DNA of 64,000 nt from Eledone cirrhosa (taxonomy: Eukaryota): positions 99,758,001-99,822,000 of the forward strand of contig OZ024742.1 in assembly GCA_964016885.1 (NCBI GenBank), read 5' to 3'. Both the position numbers and the translations under genes were made by a program. The notes below the pieces were generated by a model. That model saw only the letters and a program-made list of their open reading frames with translations, had not been told where the DNA came from and did no database searches. This document shows positions 26,470 to 42,204 of the stretch, in pieces (position 1 is the first letter of the stretch; every line of letters starts with the position of its first letter).

Positions 26470-28852
26470 TTCCCTCCCCCGTCTCTATCTACCCTTTTTG
26501 CACTTACACCTTCTCTTCCACCCCACCCACCCATGCTTTAACTCCACGCCCATCATGCCCAGCCTGAAATCTTTCTCCACCAACTCCACACCCGCCTTAA
26601 ACATTTACTCACCCACCTCCTCCCATACAGCTATCACCCTTCGGCCCTCCATTTCCTCAGCCGCTGCCTCCACCACCACCTCATCCCCCTTGGCTTCCGA
26701 CTACACTTCCACACCTCCCCCTCCGCTTCCCCTTCCACCCAACTTATCCTCACCCGGTCCTCGCGCCTACTAATGCGCAACTCCCTCCGCTCATCCCATT
26801 CCACCATCCGCAAGCTTGACCACAAACTCACCCCCACCCCTCCACCTCAACTCCGCATGCTACCCTCTCCTCGCCCACTCCATCTTCCTCTTCATCCAAA
26901 ACCTCAACCACGACCTCTTCTCCTTCCTCACCTCCACCAAAGAACTTAAGCTACACTCACTCCTCCCCACCACCACCTTCCACCACACCACATTGCCCAT
27001 ACCCGTGACCCCCAACACCACCTCGCCCATACCCGTGACCCCCCACACCCGTCCTCCCCATCCCCACCCCTCCACCACACACTCCCCCAACCCGTCCCCC
27101 TACCCTATCTCCACCCGCCACCTCACACCCACCATACCCAAACCGCACCCACACTCACGCCCACCCCACGTGTAGTCACCATACCACCTGACCTCCCCTT
27201 CTCCGCACCTGAGTGCTCACTCCTTAGTAGAGGCCTTCGCTTCCAACCCCACACCCCACACAGCGACGAGTTCCACACCCGAACGGAAGTCGAGCGATTC
27301 GTGCGACGCACGAAGCTACAGGCACATGTTCATCAAACCCCACCGGCTCCGAACGCCCCAGATCCGTCTCTCGCCCTGGGCCGACGACCATCGTTTTGGA
27401 CGCCGGCCCCAGGGCAATTTAGCACACTGGACACGTTCGTCGCCGCCTGTCGTAACGCAGTAAATCGCTTCAACTTTCGCCACCGTTCCAAACGGCATAA
27501 CATCATCCGGGGCGAAATCCTCGCTCTCCGCTCCCACCGTAGCCAAGATAACATCGTCATCAAACTGGCAGACAAGGGAGGTGCCGTGGTGGTGTGGCGC
27601 GCTGACCTCTACACGGCCGAAGAACTCAAGCAGCTCCGTAACCCCTTCTTCTACCGCCCTCTACCCTCCGACCCCACACCCCTCTACGAACAACAAGTTT
27701 CCTCCACCATCTACAACCTTGTATCCTCCTCCCTCCTTCCTCCCACCGCTTCCCACCTCATCGTCCGCACCTCCTTGACCACCACTATATACTTCCTCCC
27801 CACACTCCACAAACCCGACAACCCCAGCCGCCCCATCGTCTCCTTTTGCAACTGCCCCATCGAACTCATCTCCGCCTTCCTTGGCTCCATCCTCGCCCCC
27901 CTCATCACCACCCTCTCACATCTCCGACACCAACCGCGCCCTTCGCCTGTTCGACTCCCTCACTTTCCCACACCCCTCCACTTCACCCTAGATATCAAGT
28001 CCCTCTATACTGACATGCCCCACGCCGACCCCCTACGTGCCCTCTGACAATACCTCCAACTTCGCACCACCCCCATTCCATCCACCCCACCCTCCTTCGC
28101 CTCGCCGAGCTGGTCCTCACCCTCAACTGCTTCTCCTTCTCGGTTGAGTTTTACCAACAGGTCATGGGGGTAGCCATGGGCACAAGAATGGACCCAAACT
28201 ATGCCAACCTTTTCGTTGGCCATGTTGAGGCCTTAATCTTTGCCCAGTACACCGGCCCCACGCCTGAACTGTACGGTCGTTACATCGACGACAGTATCGG
28301 GGCCACGACCCTCATCCGAGAACAGCTCGACTTCTTTCTCTCCTTCTTCTGCTCCTTCCAACTGTCCCTCCACTTCACCACCTCTATCTCCACCACCCAC
28401 GTCCACTTCTTAGACATCTCCGTCCCCAGCGATCACTCCCACCGCTCCCTCGTCATCTCCGCCTTCTTCAAACCCACCGACTCCCACTCCTACCTCGTCC
28501 GCAGCTCCATACCCCCAACCCACGCTCTTCTCCCCCCCCTCCCCCAGGTTCCCTTCCCTGCTCCAGGCCTCGCTGCCACACCTGCTCCCACATCACCATC
28601 ACCGCCACCTTCCAGGGTCCAAACGGCCACTCTCTCCCTGTCCGGCACACCTTCCGCTTCTAAATGTTTTTTCCATCACTCCCATACACACCCTCGGAAC
28701 TTTCTTCCTACCCACTTTTCTCCTGATGAAGGGATTATGCTCGAAACACCCCCAACCCCCACCCCCCACACACACACAGTCTCAAAAGCGTGAACCTAAT
28801 AAACTAATATTTGTACTGGCTCTCTGTTTTTGTTACTATCCAAGATTTAACT
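26470..28852 (+). mobile_element. Penelope-like element (Neptune-type), RT pseudogene with the endonuclease region deleted and a 3' pLTR
   Basis: ADKGGAVVVW, FTLDIKSLYT, GVAMGTRM.PNYANLFVG, RYIDD and KPTDSHSYL, with stops and frameshifts. HHR core CTGATGAAGGGATTATGCTCGAAAC at 28723-28747. Confidence 0.9.
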
Positions 28853-29131
28853 ATATATATATACATTTATTTATTTATATATAGCAGTAGTTCCACAACA
28901 GTTAATTCACCATATATATATATATATATACAAATTTTAGTACAGCAGTAACGAAGCTTTAGGTTGCGGCCAAGCTAACGAATGCAAATTCGGTATGTAG
29001 CTTTAGCACTCGATAGGGAATAGTATCCCAGAGTAATAACAATACGTTTAGACAGCTTTGCAAATCAAATATAGTGATCGGCAGTCCAGCCGCATTGCCA
29101 TAGCAACGAAAATGGTTAGATACAGGAAAAG

Positions 29132-29160
<29 letters not shown>

Positions 29161-29168
<8 letters not shown>

Positions 29169-29613
29169 TAAACAAATAATGAATAAACAATTCCTTATAT
29201 TAAACAAAAAAAGTTCATTATTTAACGATCGTTTCTAGGGTATATATGTGTTATAATTGGTATGCATATTCAACAGATTATTTCTGAAGACGGCGTATAT
29301 ATGTGTTTGGTATGTATATTTAATCTTGATAATTTGTATAATTTTGTATAATTTTGTACATAGATCTGTTGAATATGCATACCAATTCTAACACATATAT
29401 ATCCTAGAAACGATCGTTAAATAATGAACTTTTTTTGTTTAATATAAGGAATTGTTTATTCATTATTTGTTTAATATTTTATCTTGACTCTGTATACCGT
29501 TTATCTTTCACCGAAAGTGATTTTTCATTACATCTCTTCTTTCCATGATATCCGGAATACATTGAGTTCTTCATACGGATTGGACACTACCGTAAACTCT
29601 TGGTAGATTTATC

Positions 29614-29615
<2 letters not shown>
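29161..29615. mobile_element. Fold-back HHR element in (TA)n
   Basis: Arms 29161-29278 and ~29364-29481, a right tail of ~135 bp, and TA flanks. Confidence 0.85.
29277..29425 (+). ncRNA. Type I HHR with very long stem II
   Basis: auuauuu-CUGAAGA-(~115 nt hairpin)-GAAA-CGAUCG-UU^-aaauaau, with a 7-bp stem I. Confidence 0.75.
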
Positions 29616-29669
<54 letters not shown>

Positions 29670-29863
29670 TACATACATACATACATACATACATACATAC
29701 ATACATACATACATACATACATACATACATACAATAACACCCAGGGTAATTCCTGTTGGTTTGAGGCATGACGTTAATAATCTTGTATAGATATAACGAG
29801 CTTTTAATTATTTGTGATGAAAAAAGAGAAGATATCTGAAAAAAAAAAAAAATAATAATAATG

Positions 29864-29900
<37 letters not shown>

Positions 29901-30149
29901 ACGTATGTAAACAGCTGAAATGGAATGTTGCTCTTTTTGTTTGTTTTTGGAGTTCTGGGAATTTCGGTCATGGGGATTCCAGTTTTTCAAACATCAGAAC
30001 AACCGTCTGAAATAAATGTGTAGATGGTTGAAGATTTCACAGACGCGTGTGCCTAACGTAGTTCACAGAGACAACGTGCAACAAGCCTGGCTCTTAGATT
30101 ATGTAGATATACATATACATATATACATATGCATATATATATATATATA

Positions 30150-30377
30150 AATAATGTAGGCTACAGAGCTTTTTGGTAATGTATTAAACAACATAAGATA
30201 ATTATTTCATTTACAAAAGGTTTCACGAAGACAGACGATCTTGGCATATCATCAGAATGAATTTTATTAAAATAATAAAATTAATTCTGATGATTGAAGG
30301 CAGACGTATATGCCAAGCTCGTCTGTCTTCGTGAAACCTTTTGTAAATGAAATAATTATCGTATGTTGTTTATTACT

Positions 30378-30382
<5 letters not shown>
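30150..30382. mobile_element. Small fold-back element with HHR at 30284-30348 (+)
   Basis: auu-CUGAUGA-uu-GAAGGCAGACG..CGUCUGUCUUC-gu-GAAA-CCUUUUG-UA^-aau. The inverted copy on the left has a stem II deletion. Flanks are TA. Confidence 0.8.
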
Positions 30383-31122
<740 letters not shown>

Positions 31123-31315
31123 TAACGAAGGAAGTGTGGTAAAGAGCCAGGTAGACAATAACACACCAGAGTACTCTATACTTAGGGTAGTAGAGTGGGT
31201 AATAGGAAAAAAAGTCAGGACCCCGGCGGCTGAGCTCCGGCTGTTTCGACAGCTACGTCTGAACTGTCACAACGGCTGGAGTTCGGCCATCTACGTCCTG
31301 ACTCTTTTCCTATAT
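31123..31315 (-). mobile_element. Short hairpin-plus-tail element, same family as 42829-43002
   Basis: Hairpin ~31202-31312. The tail 'aacgaagga..gtggtaa...ccagagtactc.atacttagg' is the reverse complement of 42940-43002. Confidence 0.75.
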
Positions 31316-31990
31316 ATTTCCTATTTTTAGGAAAAGAGTACATATTTACTCAACTGTGTAAATATGTATGTATGTTTGCATGGGTATGTGCAAGTGTATG
31401 TGAGTGCAGGTATGCTTGTTATTGTATTTATGCATCTATACATGTGTATATGCAATTATTACATGTATGCATCTATACATGTGTATATGCAATTATTACA
31501 TGTTGAATTTAGGTCCCGGGTGACACGATGAAACACCCCCCACCCCACCCCCGTTAATGGCGAGGGAGACGCGCTGGAACAGACATTCCACCTCGCGACA
31601 TTCCCTCTTTCGTGTCACAATAACTGATTGAAACTTGTAAAACTTTATAGATTAAATGGAATGATCGATTAAATTTAGATTTTCAGCCGCGTTTGTTAAA
31701 GCATCTGAGTCTCTATTTTAAACACATCAGTAATCAGCTGCGAAATCTAATTTCAGCTAAGTGATGGGTTAGCCAAATTATTAGAGTGTTGGGCGAGATG
31801 GCTTGCTTTTTCTTTTGGATTGAAAGTTCTGATTTCAAATCCTACTAGGATCGTAGACATAACTGACCGCTGATTGCTTTTAGTCGTATTTCCTGTGTTG
31901 CAAGCATTTGGTCCAGACTCCGTTTTGAGGCCATCTTTCTTTTTATCCTCCCACTTGTCACGGTGACCCTGAAAGTAGTGATGATGATAT

Positions 31991-32058
<68 letters not shown>

Positions 32059-32574
32059 ATGATGATAGGAGGAAGAGAGGGGAGGGAGAAAGTAGAAGAT
32101 GATGATGATAAGGAGGAGGAGAGTGATAATGAGACAACGACGACGACGACGACAAAGATGATGATAATAATGAAGAGTTATAACGACGATACCGATGATG
32201 ATGATGACTGTAATGGCTGTGGTGGTGGTCAGGACGATGACGAGGCTCTATTATGATGATGATGTTGATTAGAACATAGATGATAATGATGTTGATGATG
32301 ATGATGATAATGATGATGATGATGGTGATGATTGCGATGATGATGTCATCTCCGTTTCAATTATCCTGACCTGCTGACACTACTAACTGGTGCCGGCGTT
32401 TCATTGTCACTTTATTATTCGCCTCCACCACCCTCTCCTCTCTCTTCCCCATACCTCCCCGTCGTCCTCGCCGTCTCTCCTCGACCCTTCCCCCTCTTAC
32501 TTTGTCCATGACTACTACTACCTCTTCTTCCCATGATTTCACCATCGCTACTACTACTACAGGCACCACTACCA

Positions 32575-34220
32575 GCACACAACCATCACCTTTACCATCA
32601 TCACTATCACCATCACCACTACCACATTCACCACCACCTCCAGCATCACCACAACCAACACAACGACTATCGCCATCACCACCACCACCACTACCACAAT
32701 CACCACCACCTCCAGCATCACCACAACCAACACAACGACTATCACAATCACCACCACCACCACCTCCAGCATCACCACAACCAACACAACGACTATCGCC
32801 ATCACCACCACCACCACTACCACAATCACCACCACCTCCAGCATCACCACAACCAACACAACGACTATCACAATCACCACCACCACCACCTCCAGCATCA
32901 CCACAACCAACACAACGACTATCACCATCACCACCACTACCACTACCACAATCACCACCACTACCACAATCACCACCACCTCCAGCATCACCACGACCAG
33001 CACAACGACTATCACCATCACCACCACCACTACCACATTTACCACCACCTCCAGCATCACCACAACCAGCACAGCGACTATCACCGTCACCACCACCACC
33101 ACTACCACAGTCACCACCACCTTCAGCATCACCACAACCAACACAACGACTATCACAATCACCACCACTACCACTACCACAATCACCACCACCTTCAGCA
33201 TCACCACAACCAACACAACGACTATCACAATCACCACCACTACCACTACCACAATCACCACCACTACCACAATCACCACCACCACAACCAACACAACGAC
33301 TATCACCATCACCACCACCACCACTACCACAATCACCACCACCTCAAGCATCACCACAACCAACACAACGACTATCGCCATCACCACCACCACCACTACC
33401 ACAATCACCACCACCTTCAGCATCACCACAACCAACACAACGACTATCACAATCACCACCACTACCACTACCACAATCACCACCACCTTCAGCATCACCA
33501 CAACCAACACAACGACTATCACAATCACCACCACTACCACTACCACAATCACCACCACTACCACAATCACCACCACCTCCAGCATCACCACAACCAACAC
33601 AACGACTATCATCATCACCACCACCACCACTACCACAATCACCACCACCTTCAGCATCACCACAACCAACACAACGACTATCACAATCACCACCACTACT
33701 ACTACCACAATCACCACCACCTTCAGCATCACCACAACCAACACAACGACTATCACAATCACCACCACTACCACTACCACAATCACCACCACTACCACAA
33801 TCACCACCACCTCCAGCATCACCACAACCAACACAACGACTATCACCATCACCACCACCACCACTACCACAATCACCACCACCTCCAGCATCACCACAAC
33901 CAACACAACGACTATCGCCATCACCACCACCACCACTACCACAATCACCACCACCTTCAGCATCACCACAACCAACACAACGACTATCGCCATCACCACC
34001 ACCACCACTACCACAATCAACACCACCTTCAGCATCACCACAACCAACACAACGACTATCACAATCACCACCACCACCACTACCACAATCACCACCACCT
34101 CCAGCATCACCACAACCAACACAACGACTATCGCCATCACCACCACCACCACTACCACAATCACCACCACCTTCAGCATCACCACAACGAACACAACGAC
34201 TATCGCCATCACCACCATCT
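32575..34220. repeat. Triplet-derived minisatellite (units ~54-81 bp built from CAC/CAA/CAT blocks)
   Basis: The anchor 'cagcatcaccacaaccaacacaacgactatc' recurs more than 20 times. Confidence 0.95.
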
Positions 34221-35929
34221 CAATCATTGACCTTGGCTTGACCTCTCAACGGAACGCCTGTTTCATAAGCACATATCTTCGTTGAACTTGTTCTATTAAG
34301 GAAGATTTGTGTTTGATTCATTAACGATAGCGATGAAGGGGGGAAACGGAGGAGAGGGAAGAGGTAGATATATAGCGATGAAGGGAGAGATAAAGTGTCG
34401 TGAGAGAGGGAAGTAGCAATGATGTGAGAGGGAGGGGGATTTGGGTGATTGTTATATAGAGAGGAGAGAGAAATCGTTTGTAGAGATGGAGTGAAGATGG
34501 GGAGAAGGAAATAGGAAGGATATAAAGATAAGAAGAAGAGGGTAATATATAAATGGGAGGGTGAGGGTGGATGAAAGGTAGATTTGTAGAGATGGTTGGG
34601 TAGTGAGAAGGAAGGATAGGGATATGTAAGGGAGAGGGTTGATTGTGAGGGAAAAAAGGAGGGGAATATGTAGTGAGTGAGGGAGAGAAGTGTTGATGAT
34701 TATAATATATTGAGAGAGAGTGAATGAGGAAGGAGATAATAAGGGAGAGTGTGGGGAAGGTTTGTTTTATGATATAGAAGAGAAAGTGTAGGGTGGAAAT
34801 TGGAGAGAGAGGAAGGAGAAAATACTGTTATAGAGAAGGAGGTGGAGAGAGATGGTGATACAGAGAATGAAGAAGAGAGACAGTTGGGGTGGGAGGAAAG
34901 ACAGGGGATATAGAGACTGAACGAGACGACAAGGAAGAAGGAGAGAGATCACGATATAGAGAAGAATTGAAGAGGGAGGGAAAGAGAAGGAAAAATAGGG
35001 TGATACAGGGAAAGAAGGAGGAGGGAAGGAGAAAAGAGAGATATGGGTATAAAGAGAAAGAAAGAGATGAGAGGGAGGTTAGATGGTTGGTCCTGTAAAG
35101 GAAAGAGATAATTAAACTGTGAGAGGCGGTAGGGGAGATGTAGGTAATTAAAAGGGGAATGAATTATGAAGAGGGTTCGTGTCGATTCTGTGTATGTGTG
35201 TGTCTGTGTGTGAGAGAAAGAAAGAGAGAGGGGAAGATAGAGAGATGCAGGGAGAGAGAGAGAGTGAGATGTGGATAAGCTTGAGGGATTGCGTTACGAC
35301 TATGGGGAAGAGTGTGTGTATATACGACGAACTGCGTGTGTGTGTGAACTAAATGCATTGAGAGTGTGAATGTTTATGTAAAAATGTGTATGAGAGTATG
35401 TGTATATGTGTGTGTGAGTACGTATGTGAAAGGGAGTGCATGTGAAAGACAGTATTTCAGAGAGAGAGAGCATATATATGTGAGTATATATATATATGTG
35501 AGTGAGTATATATGCTGGTTGATGTGTGTATTTGTCTGCGTGTGTGTGTGTATGCTGGTTGGTGTGTGGTTTTGTGTAAGAATGCGCGCGTGTGTATGTG
35601 TTTGTCTGCATGTGTGTGCGTGTGTAATGAGTGAGAGCGAAAATCGCAGAAAGATGTAAAGATAAAAGACAGGATAAAAAAACAGCAAAGTGAAGAAAAG
35701 GTGGAAGCAATAAAGAATAAAAGAAGGAAAGAAATGAGAAATATAAATAAGATAGAAGGGTTAATACACAAATTGGGAAAATATAAATACACACAGACAC
35801 AGACACACATACATACATATATATATATAGAGAGAGAGAGTGTTGGGTGCATAGTAAGATAGATGTAAATAGATATGTTAAAACGGATACAGCTAAAAGG
35901 AAATATGAAATATATGAGTATATATATGG

Positions 35930-36057
<128 letters not shown>

Positions 36058-36873
36058 TGTATGTATTGTGTTGGATGCGTAGTAGGATAGATGTAAATAG
36101 AAAACTTTAAAAGGATAAAACTAGAAGGAAAGACAGACAGACAGACAGAAAGAAAGAAAGAAAAAAAGAAAAAAAGAAAGAAGGAATGAATGGACGAATG
36201 AGTGGGGTCCTTTTAAATCAACCATCTTTTAGAAATGTATTTGGCTGATTTAATAAACGGCTGATGGAAATATAGAAGAAGAATGGACAATTTTGATTAA
36301 ACTGGAAGAAAGCATATTTGCCGGACCTTTTGATTGGTTGACTGATAGAATTACAGTAAATTCAGAAGAAGAGTATAAATACGAATACAAAAAAGAAAGA
36401 GAAATAAGAATAAAAACGTTAAATTTCCCCATGAAAATGCCTGATCAATTAGGTGTAAATATGGCGCCCAGTGACGTTCAGAATCTCTTTATCGTCGATA
36501 AAACTTGATTAGATTAAGCAAGAAATCTGAATTAAGTATTATTTTTAAAATATATTAAAAATATCTTGTGATATATTATAATCTATATTACGTTATAATG
36601 GTATTGATGTTGCTATTTTTGTTGTTGTTGTAGTTGTTTGTCTCTTATTAATCATCGTTCTATTGTTTATGTCTTCAATAAGGTCTACAATCAGTTTTGA
36701 ACAGGAAGTTTGTTCTGTACGATATTTATTCCATGTTGCTGATTGGTTCAATTTTATGATGATGTTATATTAGGTGTAGTTTTTTTGTTTTATTAATATG
36801 GCTAAATAACCTTTTCATTTAGCCCATATAAATTAAGAGATTTTACATACATACATGCGTATACCCCTGCCCC

Positions 36874-36966
<93 letters not shown>

Positions 36967-37029
36967 AAGAAAGAGAGAAGAGAGAGCGAGAACTACTATA
37001 CATATATATATACACAGATACATACATAC

Positions 37030-37084
<55 letters not shown>

Positions 37085-37096
37085 ATACATACATAC

Positions 37097-37167
<71 letters not shown>

Positions 37168-37265
37168 GTATATATATATATATATATCATATACACACAT
37201 AGCTGCATGTATGTACATGTATATATGCACATATATATGTATATATATATATGTCTATGCGTGTT

Positions 37266-37299
<34 letters not shown>

Positions 37300-38044
37300 G
37301 GGGTGTATGTGTGTGTCTGTATACTCTTTGACTTCTAAAAGATAAGAGCAAATTCCGAAGAATACTTTTACCAAAATTGAATTATTTTAATGACTACAAG
37401 ATAACAAATTTCTGTTTTGTTCCTAGATATATAGTGGAAAATATTTGTTTAATTACGTGCCAAAGGTTATGAATTCGGTAGCTTTTGTGTCAAAGTTCAA
37501 ACTCATTTAGTTGTCGAAATGTTAAATAAATTGAAGAATTTTAATTCATTTAACATGATGAATGCCCTCCTGCTGCTATAATGATGGTTCGTTTGTAGAA
37601 TATCGTGATGTAGTAAATAGCGTAGGATTGATGTGGTGTGGTGTGTAATGTGGAGTAATATGAGATGGTGTGTCATAGAATGGTGGAGATCAGTGTTGGG
37701 GTGTAGGACGTTGTGATGTATAATATAGGTAGAGGGTAATGAAGTGTAGTGTAATGTGAAATGGTATATGATGTGGTGTATCATATTGTGGCACGATGGA
37801 TATGTGTGTGTTGCAGTGTGGAGCAGTGTGGTGTACAGGGTAAAATAGTGTAATGCAGTGCGCTGAAGTGTGATGTGGTGTGGTGTAGTGTACTGCTGAG
37901 TGAACTATATTGTATTTGGATGGCGAGGTGTGGTGTAGTCTACATTGTGTTTTCTGCATGACCTATGATGTTTGGGTGGTGAGGTGTTCTGGTATTTGTT
38001 ACTCTATGATCTATATATGTGTTGGACAAATAATGATCTATGCG

Positions 38045-38210
38045 TGTGTTTGGCTCACAATATTAAGGCTGTGAGGTCGATTCCGGGCTGCGCGTTGTGT
38101 CCTTGAAAAAGACAATTTTTTTCACGTTTTTCCAGTATACTTAGCTGGGAAAAGATATTTTACCTATAATTCAAATGGCCACAGGATATCATTAAGAATT
38201 ACATGGAAGA
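38045..38210 (+). mobile_element. tRNA-SINE family B (decayed)
   Basis: gtcgattccggg..gttgtgtccttgaaaaagaca..ccagtatacttagctg. Confidence 0.65.
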
Positions 38211-38594
38211 TACAAATATCTGTGAAATGAAATGCTTACTGGAACACTCGTCGTCGGCACCGACTGAGGCTCAGTAACAACAATGAGACGCAGTGTGTGT
38301 ATAGATGCTTGCTGTCTCTTGATGCAATGTGTGGGGTAAAGTAGATTCTGCTGTATAGTATTGTGGGTTACGTGATCTAGTGTTCGATATAACATTGAGA
38401 CATATAACTGAAAATATCAAGAAGTAATTCAAGGTAGAATTTTTTTCTGGAATGATGGATGCGGTTTCACTTCACCTTACACTGGATATTATCTATTGCC
38501 ATGAAAACTTAATATTCCGTTTCTGTTTATAAATGTATGTATGTGTGTAGGTAGGTAGGTAGGTAGGGATTTTTTTTGTATTTTGTTTCTTTTA

Positions 38595-39230
38595 GTGTGA
38601 GACTCCCAGCCTTCAAGAAGACATCTCTCCAGGAAAAGGTCACTCTGATATAAAACCTGCGACTTCGCTTGCATGCAATGATGTAGAACAGTTCTCCTTT
38701 TTGGGTAAATGCATTCGATATTCAGAGAGTGGGATTGGCTCCGTGCAAAATCTTTCCTCACTTAAAATAGCTTCAAGCACAGACATTTTTTGCGATACAT
38801 GGTATTGCTGCTCATAGAAAAGTCCCTAGCAACACTAAAAAGCGTCACATCCGTGCTTAATTATCAAGCAATGGCATTACTCTAATTTGAGTTGCAGCCA
38901 TCATGTATGTATGTATATATGTACATGCATGTGTGCATATATGTGTATATGCGCGGGGACAGAAATAATCGCGCTTAATACCCGCTCGCGCGGTTAACCA
39001 CTGGGAGTGAAAGACCCCTAGCCTTTGTCAGGGCATACTTCTAGGGGAAGGCAACTCAGGAAACTGGGATAACTCCGATATAAAACCTGCGGATCAGTAG
39101 TTACCGATGATGTTGACCTTTTCTTCTTTTCGGGTGATAGCTACTGTCGCTCAGAGAGTGGGATTGGTTCAGTACACAGTCTTTGCTCACTTTAAAAAAT
39201 ATCTTCACGCACAGGCATTGCACGATAGAA
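38595..39230 (+). mobile_element. Two decayed copies of an RTE-5'-like repeat (also 44950-45553, minus)
   Basis: Shared 'ctc.gatataa.acctgc', 'agagtggga.tgg' and 'cacaggcattgc'. Confidence 0.6.
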
Positions 39231-40653
39231 TTAATTAATAATTATTAATAATGTTAAATTGTGCAATGGCCATACTCGATAACGAGGAGTCGGCCGCCAT
39301 GTATGTATTGGATTGTATGTATGACTGAATGGATGAATGGATGTATGTTCAGGCTTTATTTCTTTTATTTATCACAGTATAGAAAGCCTGTTTCGAACAC
39401 AATCACATGGCTCTTTTGTTGTTATATACACATCTACAAGGTAAATATATATGCCTGTATATACATGGTTAAGGATCCCACAAATATGATCAGTAGTCGA
39501 TTCCAGAGTCGAACGAGGTCGATACCGATCTTTCTTTGAGCTGTACCAATAAAGTACAGGCGTTGACTTTACCGACATTTACCATTACCCCAAATTGCTG
39601 GTATTTTGCATAAATTAAAACCTGTAATATTGGTATGCAGTGGCAGATCGTTAGTGGGTTGGACAACATTCCTTGTGGTATCTTGTTCTTTTATTCAATG
39701 TCTCCATCTCTATATATTCCTCCCTCACCTCATCATAATTTTCCTCTTTTCTCTGTATTTCTCTCTACGTATTTCTTTCAGCTTCCACTCCAGTCTTTCA
39801 CTTCCGTATCATTCCATCCTCCACATTGCTACTTCCGCTCCCATCTTATTGTTTGACTTCTTCGTGGTGGTAGTTGTGGTGGGAGGGGGTAGTGCCGGTG
39901 GTGGTGAGTGTGGTGGTGAGTGTTGCTGATGGTTGTGATGGAGGTGATGGGCTTGGCGGTGACAAGATTGGTGATTTTGGTGGTGTGTCGTGGTGGTGAT
40001 CTGCTTGCGTTGTAATGGCGATAGGGATGGTCTTGGCAACTATAATAGAAATGAAGTGATGGCAGTGATGTTGTAGATGTAGAGATAGTGGTGGTGGGAA
40101 CGATTGTTGAGCGATGGTAGGGTGATATAGTAAGTGGTGGTATACATGTAGCAATTTAAGATGTGCGTAGTGATAGGTCGTTTAACTGCTATCATTTACG
40201 AAACAAAACTGAGGCAGTTGAGTCAGGACAGCTCTCGGTTGACATGACTGACACGTTAGTAGTTGGGTTCATCGCTAGATGGTGCTGACAACAGAGCACA
40301 GAGTGACGTAGCAGGTATGGAGCTTATGATAGGGTTTATTTAGTAGTGTGTATTGGTGAGAGTGGTTGAAGGAAATGTTGGGAAAACAAACTTCCCCACC
40401 TCTTCCGTACACACACGCTTCAATGGAGTAGGTGAAGAGACTGGAGAATTGTGGAAACATGAAAATGAAGAATAACCAATTACGCTGAAAGTCAACACAC
40501 TGTTTTACAACTAGTTTTGGGTAGATGAGATTGTGTGGTGTTCATTCATTCCCAAATTATGTTTTTATTTTTGCCAAAACAATAAGATAATTATGTCAGT
40601 TAAGATCAAGTTTCTTTACTTATTTAGCGGGTTATGATGCATTATTATTTCCT

Positions 40654-40830
40654 ATTGGCAGTATCGGTAGAGGGTCGGACGCCATGCTTTCCAGCATAGT
40701 TACGTCCCTTTACGATCTGAGTTCAAATCCCGCCGAGGTTGACTTTGCCTTTCATCCTTACGGGGTCGATAAAATAAAGTACCAGTAATGCACCCGGGTA
40801 ATTGCTGGCCTTGTGCCTAAAGTAGAAACA
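40654..40830 (+). mobile_element. tRNA-SINE family A with 10-bp TSD
   Basis: Same sequence as 26158. TSD attatttcct. Confidence 0.9.
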
Positions 40831-42163
40831 ATTATTTCCTTTACCCCCAAGTCCTGATGGTGAAATAGGACGCCGTTGTTATATATGGCGTTTCTTTGAC
40901 ATTTTCAACCTGGTAGAGCCCATCCTTTTCCAGATTTGAACACATCCACTTTCTTCCAAAAAAGGAGTGATAGAGAGGATGTGATATAGGGCTGGAACGA
41001 ATAACGCAAAGCTTTATATGTGACGTTCTGACGGCATTAGGTACCGTTGATAAGGCAGTTGAATAATGTTCTCAGTTAAGATCAAGTTCCTTTATTTATC
41101 TATTTAACGAGAAGCAACGTAATGTTTATAATATTATCAACTCATTTTTTTTTTTTTTTATTTTGTAAATAGAATATATAAAAATGATTTTAATCAAATC
41201 AATGCAAGAGAAACAAACCTTATTTAGTAAGAATAAATTTAAAAAAAAAAGGCAAACACTAAGAAAGAATATGGAAATAGAGAAAAGAAAAAAAGAGAAA
41301 AAGAAATAAGAAAAAGAACGGGAGATGGAGGGGATGGCAGGAGCTCTGTTGCCGCAGAAGAGAGGGGTGAGAGGGGAGGATGATTGGGCTTTGGGGCTAG
41401 GGCAAGAGAAACAAGAGAAGTAAAAATACAATCTACTTCCTTTAAGAAATGTGTGTATGTATAGGACATCATTAGATTCCAATGAAATAAAGTATATTGC
41501 TGAGAGAATGCACCACCGGGAATTGAACTTACGACCTTACGACAGTAGGTATAACAGCCTAATCACTAAACCACGTACCTTCACATTACTCAATATAATA
41601 TCACAGATGACATAACTACCATCTCATAACATTTTGAAAACATCAGGTGAGTGTTGCGGTATATATCGCAATGATAAAGAATGGTGACTTTGATTATATT
41701 TATCCAGCGGGTCCATCACTGTATTTGTGACAACGAGGCTGATGTAAAGGGAATGTCTGAAACTCGATATATGAGAAAATGTCGTTTCTTCTTGGAAAGA
41801 CACCTCGACAGAAAGTGTATACACAATAATATATACACACAGCCACATACATAGATCCACACACACACATATAATCTGTGTATGTAGGTGTGTGCTTGCG
41901 TGTATGGAAGAAAGAATGAAAAAATTATTATATTATTAGAGAAAAGAAATAATAATGAATGACAGAACGAGAAGAAAGACGAAGAAAGCAAGCGAGAAAG
42001 AAAGAAAGAAGAGGAGAAAGAACGAAAGAAGACAGACAGACAGAAAGAAAGTGAGAAAGAAAGAAAGAAAAATATTATATTAGAGAAAAGAAATAATAAA
42101 GAATGAGAGAACGAGAAGAAAGACGAAGAAAGAAAGCAAGAAAGAAAAGGCGAAAGAACGAAA

Positions 42164-42204
<41 letters not shown>

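Noticed and set aside
32575-34220. CRISPR-like array
   Set aside because: The intervening sequences are not unique spacers, the context is eukaryotic, and there are no cas genes.
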